A stretch of 63,957 nucleotides of DNA, counting the filler, from Polymyxa betae A26-41 (taxonomy: Eukaryota > Protista > Endomyxa: Phytomyxea): NCBI GenBank assembly GCA_003693705.1. It is 9 parts of 9 records of this genome, joined end to end, with 100 filler letters (N's around TTAATTAATTAA, not from the genome) between each part and the next. Parts side by side here need not be neighbours in the genome. Positions count along the whole stretch, not along the records: positions 36,940 to 51,468 come from RBZT01000931.1; positions 51,569 to 53,804 come from RBZT01000577.1; positions 53,905 to 56,371 come from RBZT01000067.1; positions 56,472 to 60,669 come from RBZT01000228.1; 5 more parts are not named here. One strand, 5' to 3'. The notes under the pieces are model-generated. The model was not told the DNA's origin, made no database searches, and saw only the letters and a program-made list of their open reading frames with translations. Position numbers and translations under genes: made by a program. Shown here piece by piece: positions 45,810-59,900 of this stretch (the first letter of the stretch is position 1; every line of letters starts with the position of its first letter).

Positions 45810-47854
45810 CCTTTGGCTATCTTCTCAGAGGCTCTGCTCGTTTTTAATCTTCTCCCTTTTGGTTTGAAGCTTTTCCATTTTGAACTCAAGATAAGCATGT
45901 TGCGTTTCTGCAAACGTGGTTGCGAAATTATTCTTCGCTTTTTTGGACTGACTGGAAGCCACAGATGCATTATTTTTGCCGATTGCGAAACCCAGTCTTT
46001 TCGACTTCGGTGTTTTGGGTGTTTTGAACTAGGGTTTTCAATTTTCGCACGATGGCGTGTCTATAATAAGGATCTGGCAAAGGAACGAAATCAGCAAGTA
46101 TCGAGATTATGTGTCAAGGATGAATATTCAAAGGTTCCATCTTAGGCCATGAGATTCAAGATGCGGATGTTACTGTCAGGTTTTATGTTCGATTCTCACA
46201 GAGGTGGCTTAATCTTTCTTTAAAGTCCACAACCAGATGCCGCTCTGCGTGGGCGTGATGGCACTGTCAAGAGAGGTGCGGCTGCCGTTTCGCGGTTGTG
46301 GAGCCCAAGGGCGAACTGGGATCCAAGTGGTTCAAGAACTAGAGACACTGTACCCTTCTAACAGCACCGATTTGCTAATACCACATCAGGTTGGCGCAAT
46401 CTCGGGCCTTGGGGTGATCACCCGACCTCGAAGCCTCTATCTTTATTCATTCTTGAAACGAGTTGACAACTTCAACATCGATTCACCCGTTGCCTACCCA
46501 AGCCAAGACATTGAAAGAGATTTGGAATCGAAATACCAAACTCGGGAATCTAAGGGAGGACCAGAAGCTAGATCTTTGGCGATTTGAGGGGACAGGATCC
46601 TTATTCCTGCCCTCCCGATGGCGAATTTGGACTCCGCCTTAAACAGACAATCGTAATAAACTTTACCGATAATGCTGTATCTGTATCACAGCAGTCGCCT
46701 TCCGAATCTGAGAATTCTGCACGCCGCATGCTCTCTTCAGCCAGTGCTTCGATCTCTACTTCGACGCGAACATATCGGCGTCAGCCATTTGGTGAGTTAA
46801 AAGCTTGACAATAATTCACCTGGAATGGGCAGACTGAGTGTCGACTGGGTCTGAGGCACCACAGCCGCCCCGCTGGCAACGATTCCTTCTGTAGCGTATC
46901 TATCCGAAACTGCAAATTTTGGGCAAATCATTAACAAGGCGATCTGCTTTCACAGACAGTACCTGCCATTGACCCCTGTGATTGGCTGTTGCCCTCTCGA
47001 CCCTCAATCATTGAACCTGGAAAATTATCAGGTGCTTCTTTCGAATTAACGACAATGTAGCTAGCTTTACATGCAGTGGTGTTTTCATTTCTATCAACGT
47101 CGCTGTTTTCATCTTTAGAAAATGAGTAAGATTCAATCCATGTATGAGGCGAATTGAGCATCCCAGGTCCCACATCAACTCCTGTTTCCTGAATAACGGA
47201 TGGATAAATATTTGGGGGGGGGGGAACCGAACAATGCATCCATTCGAGAATAGAGCAAACACAGCGAGTCGGTTACTTGCTCGACAGTCATAATTCCTCC
47301 TGCTTTGTCTTATCAGTTAGACCGAGCCCTGTTGTTCCTATTAACGACCTCGTTTTGATGTAGAGATTCTTGTAACTGCTCATTCACCAGATCGCGCACT
47401 GTCTGCATTAACTGCCGCAACATTCCCATTCCTGCCAAGTTCCGCCAATTCTGCGCATTAAAAATCGCATCTGCACTTTCCAGCTTTTCACGTGCGCATT
47501 GCGCAGATTATAATGGGCGATTATGCCGAATTATGCTTTCTTCATTTTCAGTATGCAAATTCCTGCGCATCTATTCTGATGCTTTCAGAAACTCATTTTG
47601 CAGTTTGTCTTGTTACAAAAACCAATGGTTTTATTGTTGTACTGTTCCACATTTTTTACTCGCTTAATATCGTTGATCAGATCTTTCAAATTCAGGATTT
47701 TTTTACGCGTAAGTTATAAAGTAACCCAAATCTGATTCTTTATTCAAGGAGTACCCCAAAACGCGCAGATTTAAGAGTTACTGTGGCGCAGTAGGGAATT
47801 GGCACGGGGTTGTACTTTTGTAATGGCTATCACCGCAATCCTTGCATTTTATAT

Positions 47855-50527
47855 GGTGGGCCCTGTCTTAAACCATACGCATTTGTTAGGAGAGGCTCCG
47901 TGGTCAAAAATTTCGAAAATCTAACACCATTCTCATCAAACAGGTCATTAATCGATAGATCTCATCAAGGTGATTCAGAAAATGATCTCGCCTTTTTAAA
48001 AACTAAAAATCTACGGAGTTATTGACGATATTCTTATAGAGGGAATGGAAAACTTCTGGACTGGGTACTGTGCAGTCCCTCAAGTTACGTTTTGACAGCG
48101 CACATTACTAAAGTGCGGGCGCACTTTATGATTGTGTTAGACGCAGTTTCTTGGAGCCACGCATTCCGGGTTTTTTGGTCGTTGCTCATTGCTTGACGAC
48201 CGGATGGGGCGGATATCAAAGCAGAGGCGCCATATCCAGAGGCTTGCTGATGCTGCACGGCGACTTCCACCACCTTCTGCTGATAATGCTGGGGTTGTCG
48301 TCCTTGATGCCGAAGGCGTTCCTCTCACCACAAACGACGATATAGAACTTGAAGATGCGGAATGGAATGTGGAGTCTGTCCCAGCCGACTTGATTGCTTC
48401 GGACAACAACGCTCTTGACGGTTGGGTTCAAGAAATTTCTGACATGCAGCTTGAGGAAATTGCCTCGCAATGCTGGCTGCAATGGAAGCATGGTGCAGGT
48501 TCCCAGTTGAGAAAGTCCCATAACGGGACTGGCCAAGCCAACATTCTTTGCAAGGCAAGCGGAGAAGCGACGCATGACCGAATCCATGTCGGGATGTAAG
48601 AGCATTCTTCATTACTTCACACCCAGAGATGTTATCAATAGAGCAACAGCAGAAGTAAAAACTGTGGCTGAAGATGTCGAGTTTAGCCTTGAACTTTCCA
48701 CTCCCGATCCTGATGTCCCCGAAAAATCTATCGGAGCAGCAATCGAGCTGCTGAGAAGAGATGTTCAAATTAAGGACAATTCTAGGCTCGAGAAACGCCG
48801 AGGATCAAGCCAGTTTGATTTCATCCGTCAGATTTGCATTTTAAGATATCTTGAGAAGCTTGAGCAAAATCCGCGGTCCCGTATCAAGTCATCGATTGAA
48901 GTTGCTGCGATCGTTTTCGGAAAAAGCGAGAGCCAACGATCTCACAAATCAAACACTATCATCACTTGGAGCGATGAATTCGTTAGAACCCATGAATTGA
49001 TGAGTTTCCGGCAGGGAAAACATCACTCATTGACGACAATGATGTCAGGTTTGCCTGCCTCTCGTATTTGCGAAGCGTCCGTCCTGAAACCATTACCGGA
49101 CATTCGTTTGCTAAATGGTTGTCAGAAAATCTCCACAAACATCCCGAACTCACTTTGGATAATCCCGTAAACATCCATCACAATACTGCAATCCAATGGC
49201 TTCATGTTCTTGGATTTCGCAAATTCCAGCACAAAAAGGGAACCTATACCGACGGTCACGAACGTCCAGACGTCGTTGCCTATCGGACAAAGTATTGTGT
49301 TTGGTGTGGAACAGTGTCATTTTCCTGATCTGGACTTTGGTTTGTTGAAGAGTTCTTCAAGCTTCTTGAGAAAATGGATTCGTTTGATGGCGAAAACATG
49401 GATGTCGTCTTTCCTCCAGTGTTAGAGCCCACTGAAAAGAAACTGGTTCTTGTGACACATGACGAATCATGCTTTGAATCGAATGATGGCGCAAAGGTGG
49501 TTTGGATTGAACAGGGAGAAACCAATTTGAGGCCGAAAGGCTTGGGAAAGTCGTTCATGGTTTCCAGTTCCTGTGTCAGTGTCACGGCCGGCCACATGGA
49601 GGTCGAAGTGACTGAAGAACTCTTGCAACGTTTTCCGTCCATTTCTCAACCTCCCGGAACAATCTTTCAGACCCTTAAATCATTAAAACCAGGGAAAAAC
49701 GCAGACGGATACTGGGGAAACAAGGACCTTGTGGAGCAGACAAAGGTAGCGATAATTCTATTTGAGATTCTGTACCCGGACGGCATTTGCAGATTCGCCT
49801 TTGATAATTCTGCCAACCATCACGCTTTTCCCCCAGATTCTTTGAAGGCCAGCAAATTGAACAAAGGAGATGGTGGTAAAAATACTCCTTTCCTGCGTCC
49901 CGGCTGGTTCTTTAAGGACGGAGTTTCTGTGACGCAGCCCATGCAGTTTATCGATCCTGCTGGCAACAAGCTTCAAAAAGGAATCAAACGAATTTTGCAG
50001 GAGCGAGGCCTTTGGACTTTACCTGAAATGAAATTGGACGCAGCTCGATCATTACTTGACGTCCAGCCGGACTTTCTTACACAAAAAGAATGGCTTGAGG
50101 AAACCGTGCAGCAGTCTGGCCACAGAATCATTTTTTACCCGAAATTCCATCCGGAGCTTAACTGGATAGAAATGTTTTGGGGAGCGACCAAGCACTATAC
50201 CCGGCGGCATTGCACATATAGCTTTAAGGATTTAGAGGCTATTCTTCCTCGCTCTCTACAATGCGTCGCTTGGCCAGGAGATCTTTCCGCTACATCTCAG
50301 CATATCGTTCCGGGCGTGTCTTGACCCCACAGCAGATAGAGCATGCGATGAAACAGTATTCGTCGCACAGATCCATTCCACTTTCCATTCTTCTCTCAAA
50401 ACCAAAGCGGACTTTTGAAAAAACTCCGATTAACACCGCTACGGACTTTTTGAAATATTTGGACTCCCAGGAAAAGTGTATGGTTGAAGACAGGGCCCAC
50501 CATACTCTGTTTGGAATCTCGCTGTGA
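47855..50527 (+). mobile_element. IS630/Tc1-mariner-related DDE transposon remnant (HDES / FDNS / PKFHPELN type)
   Basis: KGTYTDGHERPDVV, VTHDESCF, FAFDNSANH, YPKFHPELNWIEMFWGATK; several frameshifts. Confidence 0.82.
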
Positions 50528-50529
50528 CC

Positions 50530-51468
50530 GCGGCTGTTGTGTCTCGATACTTGCTGAACCTAGTATATCTTTGTTTCGACAACTGCTTAACAAATGTTAC
50601 GAACACGTTCAGATAGCTTCCATTTCGTAATCGTTCCATGTTCGAATTCTTGGATTCAGCACTATTTAATGTGTAAATTCCATATCGTGGGACTGGAAAT
50701 ACGGACGTTGCCCAAGTCGTTGGGTCAGTGTTCATCAAATACTCATAAATCAGTTCATTCCGATTACGACTATAAGAAAGAGCGACAGCCAAGCCTTCCT
50801 GCGTCGTGGCTTTAACAGCATGTTGAATTCTGCCTTCGGCATCAGTCCGAAAACGCTTCTTCACGTTCTGCTCGAGGAGAAACATGCAAATCGCTTCCCG
50901 TATTAGCGGCAAAGTTAGAACCTGAGCATTATGCATGCCTTTCTCCCGATCGTGCATATTCACAAAAAGAACATTGTTAATCACAGGAACGCACAAACTT
51001 TCAAATTGGAGTAGAAGAATGACCATTGCTCTTCGTCCTCGGATGGAACTACAGCTATTGCCAAAGGCATAATCTGTTTTTCGCCATCGAGAACGTTTGC
51101 TGCCATGATCATGCCGCCATTCTGACTTCTCATATGGCAAGCGTCGTTAACGATAACAGGGAAGCATGACTGCTCTGCTTCCGCTGCATATCCAAGACAT
51201 AGGAAAGCACGATAAATGCTGTCGTCATTACGTCGCTCAATTACGTAATGAGTGCCGTCGTTAACTGTTGCCAACTTCCGGAGATAATCCTCGATTTTCT
51301 CAAAAAACCCATCGTTTTACATTTCGGATTGGGCATTAAGATCGTGTAAAGACTTCCATGCAGTGCTGTAGGGCACATTTACTCCGAATTCGCCTCTTAC
51401 CAGATTTTGGACATCTTTGGGCTTGAAAACTGTTAGCGACTCCTTATGCGGTTTAGAAAATTCGGCGA
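50530..51468 (-). mobile_element. Mutator/MULE transposase remnant
   Basis: VIVNDACHM..GGMIMAA..LDG..IMPLAIAVV.SEDEEQWSFF; DREKG; T.NSAES.N. Confidence 0.85.
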
Positions 51469-52869
51469 NNNNNNNNNNNNNNNNNNNNNNNNNNNNNNNN
51501 NNNNNNNNNNNNTTAATTAATTAANNNNNNNNNNNNNNNNNNNNNNNNNNNNNNNNNNNNNNNNNNNNCCACAACAATTCAGATAAATAAATACGTCCTT
51601 TCAGTTTTAATGCTGGGAGCTGGGTCAGGTCATAGCAATCATATAGAATACGGTTATAACAGTGATATTTATTGATTTGATTGCAATGCTTTTGTAATAC
51701 GAAGTTGAATATCTGATATACGATTTAGATGAGATTGTAATGATTGCTTAACACATTGTTGAACTTGATGCTGTACATCATCATTATTATATGCAGTATT
51801 ATGCATTACATCACGACCAATATCTTCACAATGTAAAATAGATCTCTGCACTCGACTATTGAAATCTGCAAGTTCATGCTCTACTTGATGTCGGGCATGA
51901 TCGACAGGGCCAGTACAGCGCCGGGCACATGTCTCACCTGGTACTGATTGATCATCAAGACACTTAGCCATACATAGATACGCATCCTATATAAACACAA
52001 TTAATTTGATATGGATAATGGATGCATTATAGATACTAACACGTTGAAGAGGACGTAAATACTGATTATCGAGTGTTTTCAACATTTCTGTAACAGATGA
52101 TTGTAACTGCATCTGATACTCATTAAAAGTTGTAACATCATCCATCTCCAACATCGAGACGATAAGAAGCCAGAGATCTCGAGTCTGGCACTGAGAGAGT
52201 CAAAGCAAGCAATCAAGCTGGATCCTATAAAAACTGCGCCACAATGGCAGGACCGAAATCTGCAGAATTTTCTGCACATTTCGAGCAACAAAGTTGCTGC
52301 TTTATTCCCTTACTTGCTCAAATAAAGCAAGCGTTTAAAGCAAAATTTGTGCGGGAGGGAATCAAACCTGGCGCGCTTTGAAACAGAAGCAATCTATAAT
52401 CAAAATCGATATGACACGCCAATCACTTCGTGGGCGACTGCTGGAGGATGATGAACAATGTCTTTAGATGCTTTGGTGCAGTATGCCGTATCTCGCAATA
52501 GAAACCGTCACGACGCCGATAGGATAAAGCAATCTGTCAATAAACTGATACAGTTTATTTCTGTGCTTCGTCAAAGTTGGAGGCTCCATTTGTTTTTATT
52601 TCACCCAGAATCATTCCTGTTGAGGTTCGAAATGTCGCGCCTCGTCGCAGGTTACCTAGAGACCTGGGAGATGTACGTCTTTTGCTGTATTTAGAGGTAG
52701 AGGAATTTAAGGAAGAAGTTCAATGATGTCAAGAGACATTAGCATACATTTCCGCTGCATCGAAGGTCAGTAGTCGCTTCTCTATCTCTGAACATGTTGT
52801 TGTATTGAATCGCTCTCGATTTAGACTGTCCAGTTTTTCACAATAGTCCAGCGATCCCTAAGCAACGAT

Positions 52870-53773
52870 TGCTTTCTGTTTCTATGGACTTTAACACGTC
52901 GTTACCGAAAGCTGCAAATTTCGATTCTTTATTTGTTGTTATCGACCGCCTATCTAAAATTGGCTCACTTTATCCCCACAAATTCCAGAGCTACCGCTAA
53001 AGAAACGGCAACATTATTCTTTCCCCACATATTTCGACTCCACAGGATTCCAGAGGAAATCGTTTCCGAACGTGATTCGAAGTTCACCAGCAAATTTTGG
53101 TCTGAACTTTTTTAATTGTTAGGTACAACATTACGCCTGTCGACCAGTCATCATCATCAGTCAGACGGTCAAACAAAACGCACCATTCCTGTTATTAATC
53201 AATTAATTCGATGTTGTGCTAGTCGGTTCCAGACAGATTGGATCCGTCATCTTCCAGCCTTAGAATTCGCCTATAACTCCAATATATCATCTTCGACAAC
53301 ATATTCTCCTTTCTACCTTGCCTGTGGCTATAATCCTCGAACATCAGTCGAGTTATTAACACCTGAACAAGCACCGGAATCATTAGACGATTTTCTCACA
53401 GAAATCCAGGCCACGCTTCAGCACGCGCGCGATGCCCTCCATCAGGCTCAAGAATCGCAACGCCTGTATGCCGACCGTAAGCGTCGCGATGTCCAATTCC
53501 AAATTAACGACCTTATTCTGCTTTCAACACAGCATATTTGTCTTGATTCACTACTTCCGTTCAGCTTCCGAGCTACCTCATGAGTCATCAACCATCAATT
53601 CCAAGTTCCTGTTGACTCAAATATCGTGACTCACAACTTCGAACCTTTGCTTTCTCTGTTTATCGAAATACAAATCGTTCTCGAATCTATTCGATTCCAA
53701 TTAACTCTTATTCGCCTGCAAAGTAGCTAGTTCCCTTCGTCCCCTTCAGCTAGCCTCAGTCACTCCCCTTACA
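52870..53773 (+). mobile_element. Ty3/Gypsy integrase remnant plus LTR piece
   Basis: IVSERDSKFTSKFW, STSHHHQSDGQT, LEFAYNS..SPFYL, ADRKRR; 53710-53755 matches the reverse complement of 60580-60630. Confidence 0.88.
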
Positions 53774-53904
53774 GTCATGATTTAAATAATTTAACAATTT
53801 TACANNNNNNNNNNNNNNNNNNNNNNNNNNNNNNNNNNNNNNNNNNNNTTAATTAATTAANNNNNNNNNNNNNNNNNNNNNNNNNNNNNNNNNNNNNNNN
53901 NNNN

Positions 53905-54010
53905 GTCGTCTCCGCCGTCTCTGTCGTCTCCGCCGTCTCTGTCGTCTCCGCCGTCTCCGTCGCCCCCACCACCCCTGCCATCTCCGTCTCTCTCCGTCGT
54001 CCCTATCGTC
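53905..54010. repeat. 18-bp tandem repeat (gtcgtctccgccgtctct)
   Basis: About 3 near-perfect units, then decay. Confidence 0.85.
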
Positions 54011-54061
54011 TACCGCTCTACAATAAACAGAATTACTTGACCGTTCGTAACAGGCGGCACT

Positions 54062-54193
54062 TTAACCTACCGTCTTCCCCCGCATATAGCAAACATGCGT
54101 TATATTCAAGGGTCGATTGTTTTCTTCGATTGTCGATTTCGATGGTGATTCCCTTGAGTATATAGCATATGCGCTATATTCGAGGGAGGTTAA
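54062..54193. mobile_element. Possible small TTAA-bounded MITE
   Basis: ttaacct...atatagc...tatattcaaggg versus cccttgagtata...gctatattcgagggaggttaa (imperfect inverted ends). Confidence 0.35.
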
Positions 54194-54654
54194 GATGTGC
54201 GTTCTGATCAAGGGAAAACCGTAATCACATGGCACCTTTTGCAGTGCGCTATAGTTAAATATCTTCTTATGATCTGTATGTCAATCATAGCATTTCATTA
54301 AATGTACTCAAAATATTTTTTTCGATTAGTTAAATGAATGAAAATATCAGGCTTTAACAGCCCAGATACCTTTATGACGATAACTACCAAGATAATGTCC
54401 AAACGGACTTCCTGGTTATCGTCCAGTGGTGCTACATACTTTCCCATTTTTTAACTGCATTTAAGTCCTTGTTCGGGGTTTTGGGTTTAAACCTGTATTG
54501 GTTGAAAAAAGTACTGTTTTTTTTTATGATTAGAGTAGAAAATTTCTGTCTTTAATGAAAATCTTGAATAGACCGCACTGTAGTTACTCCCTTGAATACA
54601 GCGCACGCCACGCAGTTTTCGAATAGACCACACATGTGCGTTCTCTTCAGAAAG

Positions 54655-56095
54655 GCGTCTAGCTAAATCCAGCGAAGCGCCGAGCGCACAAATTCCAAAA
54701 CTGTAAAAATAAAAACTGCGCTCTGCGAGTGAGACTTACTGTATGGGTTACGTCTTCTCTTAGGATTCTTACAGCTAACAAAAGAATCCCTTCTCTCGCG
54801 ACTGCTGCTCCTTGCTTTCGTCGTTCGCTCTCTCCACGCTTGTTTTCTTCATATCCGTCTATCATGTCGTGGACAACGACTTGTCCGATTGAGTCGTGCG
54901 GCAAGACGTTTGCCAAACGGTTTAACCTCGATCGGCATCTTGAAACGGTTCATTCAGTGTCGCAAGAGAAATTCATCTGCACCCTGTGCAGCAAAGCTAT
55001 GAAGAATAAGGTTTCGTAAAATAGGCATCGTTCTCGATGTCTTGCTACTGATGCAAGATTGCAAGTGGCGAAATTCAGTTGCCCATTTTGCGAAGAAATG
55101 ATCTCAACATTCATTTTGCTGCAAAGCCACATTCTCCAGGTTTGAATCAACGACAGTGACAACAGTTTTATCACGGCAATGTAATCATTTTCATACAGGA
55201 ACATCCTGAATCTCCTATTGAAGAAGAGTGCCATCATTTTCCTGATCATGATTCCTTCAAAGAGTGGAAGGACTCTTTGCTTGATCGCTTCAACGCGCAA
55301 TATGCCTCGTTGAATTCCAGATTCGTCAAAGAAACAGGGAAATTCTACCAGACGTTCGTCTGCAGGCGATCATGTGAGACTTCTTCTGAACAAAAACAGT
55401 ACACTCTCGGAGATAAATCCAATAATAACGCACGACCTTCTCGAAGCAAAGCATCATGTAAATTAGAGCAAGCTTGCTCTTCTCGCATATTCGCCATTAC
55501 GCTCCCGGATGGCCAAGTGTCTGCTCGTTACATTCAGATGCATACAGGTCATGATCCGACAAACGCTGAAGAGCTCCAGCATCTTCGCCTGTCGGCCTTT
55601 ATTCGGCGAAAGATAACCATACAGCTCTTGGACAAGGTCGAGGAACGATCATTTGTCCGCTCAATATATCGTTCTTTAAGAAGTAGGGACGACCGAGATG
55701 ATAATTTATTGGTAATGGGTTTGAATCTCTCCGCTAAATTTGGTTTTCAAGCAGCAGTCTAACCGTAACGACTGGATCACGATCAAAGATGTTAGGAATT
55801 TGAAAGCTCGACTGCAAGGCCGGGGAAATGATGCCATTCGTACTGATATCTATATCATGGCTTTACAAGAGGAATGTTATAATCCGGTGCTCTGCTACAA
55901 GCGTAAACTTCCAATGGTTGTTTTTGGATCTCTCTAACGTAAGTTCAGCTGCTGGTGTCACTGATACGACAGATTTTGGTTTCAGCCAACAGGAATTCTT
56001 TTTGATTATCCAGACTAAGTTCATGAGCGAGATTATGTTAACGTAAGTGTGTTTTGAAGTTTTGAGTAGTGATGTTTCTAAGCCTCAATTTTGTG
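54655..56095 (+). mobile_element. 5' half of a MULE-like element with C2H2 zinc fingers, paralogous to 56977-60432
   Basis: Same terminus gcgtctagctaaatcc; CPIESCGKTFAKRFNLDRHLETVH; CRR..C..RPSRSK.SCK..AC.SRI..HTGHDP; shared intron positions. Confidence 0.85.
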
Positions 56096-56371
56096 AATCG
56101 AATCTTAGAGCATCTCCACCGCGGGTCTATTCCGAGGTCTATTGAATATAGACCCGTCACGGAATGCCCCAAGCGTAAAATGTACAGCCTATCAGCCAAA
56201 GAGGAGCTCGCTTTAAGGGAGTACATTGACGACATGCTCAAAAAAGGATTTATTCGTCACTCACGTTCACCGCTAGGTGCCCCCGTCCTGTTTGCAGAGA
56301 AGAAGGACGGTAGCCTGAGGCCATGTATTGATTATAGGGGACTCAACGCAATCACGAAGAAGGTCCCGTAT
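56096..56371 (+). mobile_element. Ty3/Gypsy (Tf2-like) RT fragment
   Basis: [39 protein letters not shown]. Confidence 0.92.
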
Positions 56372-56471
56372 NNNNNNNNNNNNNNNNNNNNNNNNNNNNN
56401 NNNNNNNNNNNNNNNTTAATTAATTAANNNNNNNNNNNNNNNNNNNNNNNNNNNNNNNNNNNNNNNNNNNN

Positions 56472-56976
56472 GATAGCTCGGCATTTTGGTCTAATAATTG
56501 CAGTCTTGAAGCTTCGAGATTGGCAACCTGATCGAATAACTCTCTCATAGCATTTGTGACATGCTCAGGATTGGAAGCATTGAACCCGTTCAACGACATC
56601 CTCAAAGTTGATGTTCAGGGAAGATCGCGAAAATTGGCGGACAGTCGGGTAGCAGTGGCAACCACAGTCACTAGCCCGAATCCTTAACGTACACAGAAGA
56701 CTTACGGATCAACAGCCTTGGTCAACGGCGGTGGTACTAGTCTTCGTCTGAACCACAGAGGGTCGGTCACTCCTTCCTCTCTGCCCTATTTGCAGGAACA
56801 GGCCGCCGACGCTGGTGGCTCGAACTGGTAAGGGACAGATTGAGGAGCACNNNNNNNNNNNNNNNNNNNNNNNNNNNNNNNNNNNNNNNNNNNNNNNNNC
56901 ACCCCTTCCTCTCTGCCCTATTTACTGGAACCGACCGCCGACGCAGGTGGCTCGAGCCGGTAAGGGACAGATTGAG
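56472..56976 (-). mobile_element. Probable Gypsy 5' leader and gag start, with a duplicated ~78-bp unit
   Basis: MSLNGFNASNPEHVTNAMRELFDQVANLE coiled-coil start; 56772-56845 matches 56903-56976; appears to continue after the MULE at 60441-60669. Confidence 0.5.
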
Positions 56977-59900
56977 GCGTCTAGCTAAATCCTCCTAATA
57001 GTCGAGCGCAGAAAATGCATTCTGCGTATAAAAAATTGCGCAGCTCTTGTCCAATTTCCAGTCTTGCCTTGAGGTTTTCCCTTCACCAATCGCCACAACC
57101 ATGGATCGCCCGAGTGGCCAACAGTGTGGCTAGACATTCGGGAAACCCGGGAACCTGAAACGCCACCTGCACACTGTTCACCGGGCGGATGACCAGCGCG
57201 TAGTTTGTGACTGTTGCGGCATCGCGTATAAGAACGAGATTACGCTGAAGAAACACCGATCTGCATCCGGTTGTGCATCTATAATAATGGCAGAAAAGCA
57301 GGCTGTCTTTAACTGCCCGTATTGTGAAATGAGTTTAACTTCTTTCGACGTTTTCGAAGGTCATGTTTTAAAGGTCAGAGAGGAACATGGGAATATAATT
57401 ACAATATTCAGCTTCTTATTTTATTCTTTAATAAACAGAATCATTCTGAATCGCCAATCCAAGAAGAATCTCATACTTTTTCCAATGTTTCTGTGTTTCA
57501 AGCCTCTAAAGATTCAATTGAGCATGCTCAATATGTGGTATTTCGCAGCAGATCGGTTTCCCAAACTGGGAAGTCCTACCAAATTTTCGTGTGTCGCCGA
57601 TTATGTGAAACCGCTTCAATCCCTAAACAATAAGTATTGGGAGATTCTGCGAACGAGAATGCTAGACCAAGTCGTAGTAAATCCACTTGTAAGATGGATG
57701 AGGCCTGTGCCTCTCGTATCATGGCAGTTATCATGCCGAATGGGGAAGTATCCGTTAAATATATCACGCTACACACTGGACATGATCCGCAGAATCTTGG
57801 AGAGCTGCAGCATTTACGACTCTCCGCTACGATTAGGCGTAAAATAATGATAGATCTGCTCAACAAAATCGACGAAAGGTCAATTGTCCGCTCCATCAAT
57901 CAAGTTTTGAGAGACAGAAATCATCGCGAAGAAAAATTATCGGTTTGTTAATTCCAATTTACTGTAATTTCGAATGACGTCGACTGCCTACAGGAAGCTG
58001 GGCGAAACGAATGGGTCTCACTCAAAGACGTCAGGAATATATCGTCTCGACTGGAAGGGCGCGGTAATGATGCAATCCTCACTGACATATACATTATGGC
58101 ACTAAAAGAAGATAGATACGATCCGGTCATTGTCTATAAGCGTAAGCAAGCTGTCAAAACCGCGAAACTTCTAATTCTTTGAGAAACAGCATCTGGTGTG
58201 GATGATACCACTGATTTCGGATTTACACAACAAGAATTCTTTCTTGTGATTCAGACCAGTTTCATGGCGGAACTCTTTCTAAGGTAACGGAAATTTTTTA
58301 TCTTCATTGATTCTCCATTCTTGATGTTACTCCGTATATGTATACTATGTCACTACGATGGCAAGTCATTGTTGAACATATCGAAACTTTTGGAATTTAA
58401 TCTATTTTACATAATTACTAAAAAAAGAGCTTCATCCACAAAAATGTTGCTGATTAAGAAATGAATTTAGATTCGGAGAAAGAGTATTGGTTATTGATTC
58501 CACACATAATACCAATCAATATGGATGCAAACTTATAACCATATCGGTCGTCGATCCGCACAATAACAGAGGCTATCCTGTTGTTTTTTGTATCAATTCG
58601 AAAGAAAATTCCAAAGCTTTGTCTGCTCTTTGGAAAACAATCAAGGTGCGTAAAGCAGCAACGCTAATCCGAAGAGAAACTTTGTAAACAACTTATAGAA
58701 TCGTTACCCACGATTTTAACCGCAAATCCTCCTGCAGGACGATGACATTGTGCCCTGGAACGAAGCTCTTCTGGGATTTACCTCCCTAAAGAATCGTTAT
58801 TTATGCGTCTGGCACGTTGATCAAAATTGGAAAAAACAAATGTAAGACAATCCGGTATGCGAAAAATACTTTGCAATTATTTTGAAGTTTAAAAAAAGGA
58901 GTGCAACGCCAACACCAAAGCTACATTTCCCAACAGCTGAAGAAAATTCGAACTGATCGAAACATAGAAATTGTTGAAGAAACGATTTCAGAGTTTGGCG
59001 AGAACTGGTCCGGGAAGGAGCCGGAGTAAATAATTTTGTGTCAAGTTACGTCGATCGGAAAGAGCAATGGGCCGTATGCTATCGGAACTCATCCATCCCT
59101 GATACCACAGCTCACGCTGAGGCTTTTCACAACTTGCTCAAAAGGGTCTATTCAAATAAGAGAAATCGGTATATGTGAAACCTGCTCGAAAAGCTCATGC
59201 AAATTGAAGAAGATTATTTCATCAAATATAAAGCGTAAAAACCACCAACTCCGAGATGAGTGCTGATGTCCTGTTGTAGGAACGAACTGAACTTACTCCC
59301 AGGAGCAGGTTGCAGCGCCAATCTGAAAGGAGAATTAAGCTGGTTTTAACGATGAAACCGGAGCATGTAATGAAAGTTCCTTTCGAATCTGAAACGGAGT
59401 CATATTATGTTGACGGGAAAGAACATAAATACCCTGTGAAGAGATTGCCAGGAATAATCAACGGGATCTGTCCTGGAAGACATAGTCATCAGTTCGAAGA
59501 AGAAAATAGCGATTCGGACTGTTTAGTGGAATCGTGCAAGACTTACACAATATTTAACGCTTGTCAGCATACTTTTGGATGCGAATGTGTCGACTATACA
59601 AAGGGAAACGACTGCAAACATATTCTGCTTGGTTATGGATTTCAACCAAATGTAAATATTCTGACATTGAAAGATACAGTCGCTTATGTCCTGGAACTTT
59701 GGGATTCTACAACCATTAAAATTGGCGGCAATTCTTCGACAGAACATGTTGAAAGGAATAAGGAGCAGTCGCAACAGGAAAACTTGGCTGACAAGCTCTC
59801 AAAAACATATCTGGCCTTTATTTCTGAGAACTCAGGATTAGTGCAGCTGATTCTAAGCAAAGATAACTCACACAATCCCAGAAGCTTAGAAGTACTTAAA

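Noticed and set aside
56069-56419. MULE-RT fusion protein
   Set aside because: The RT fragment begins inside a MULE intron near a contig end; insertion, deletion or misassembly is simpler
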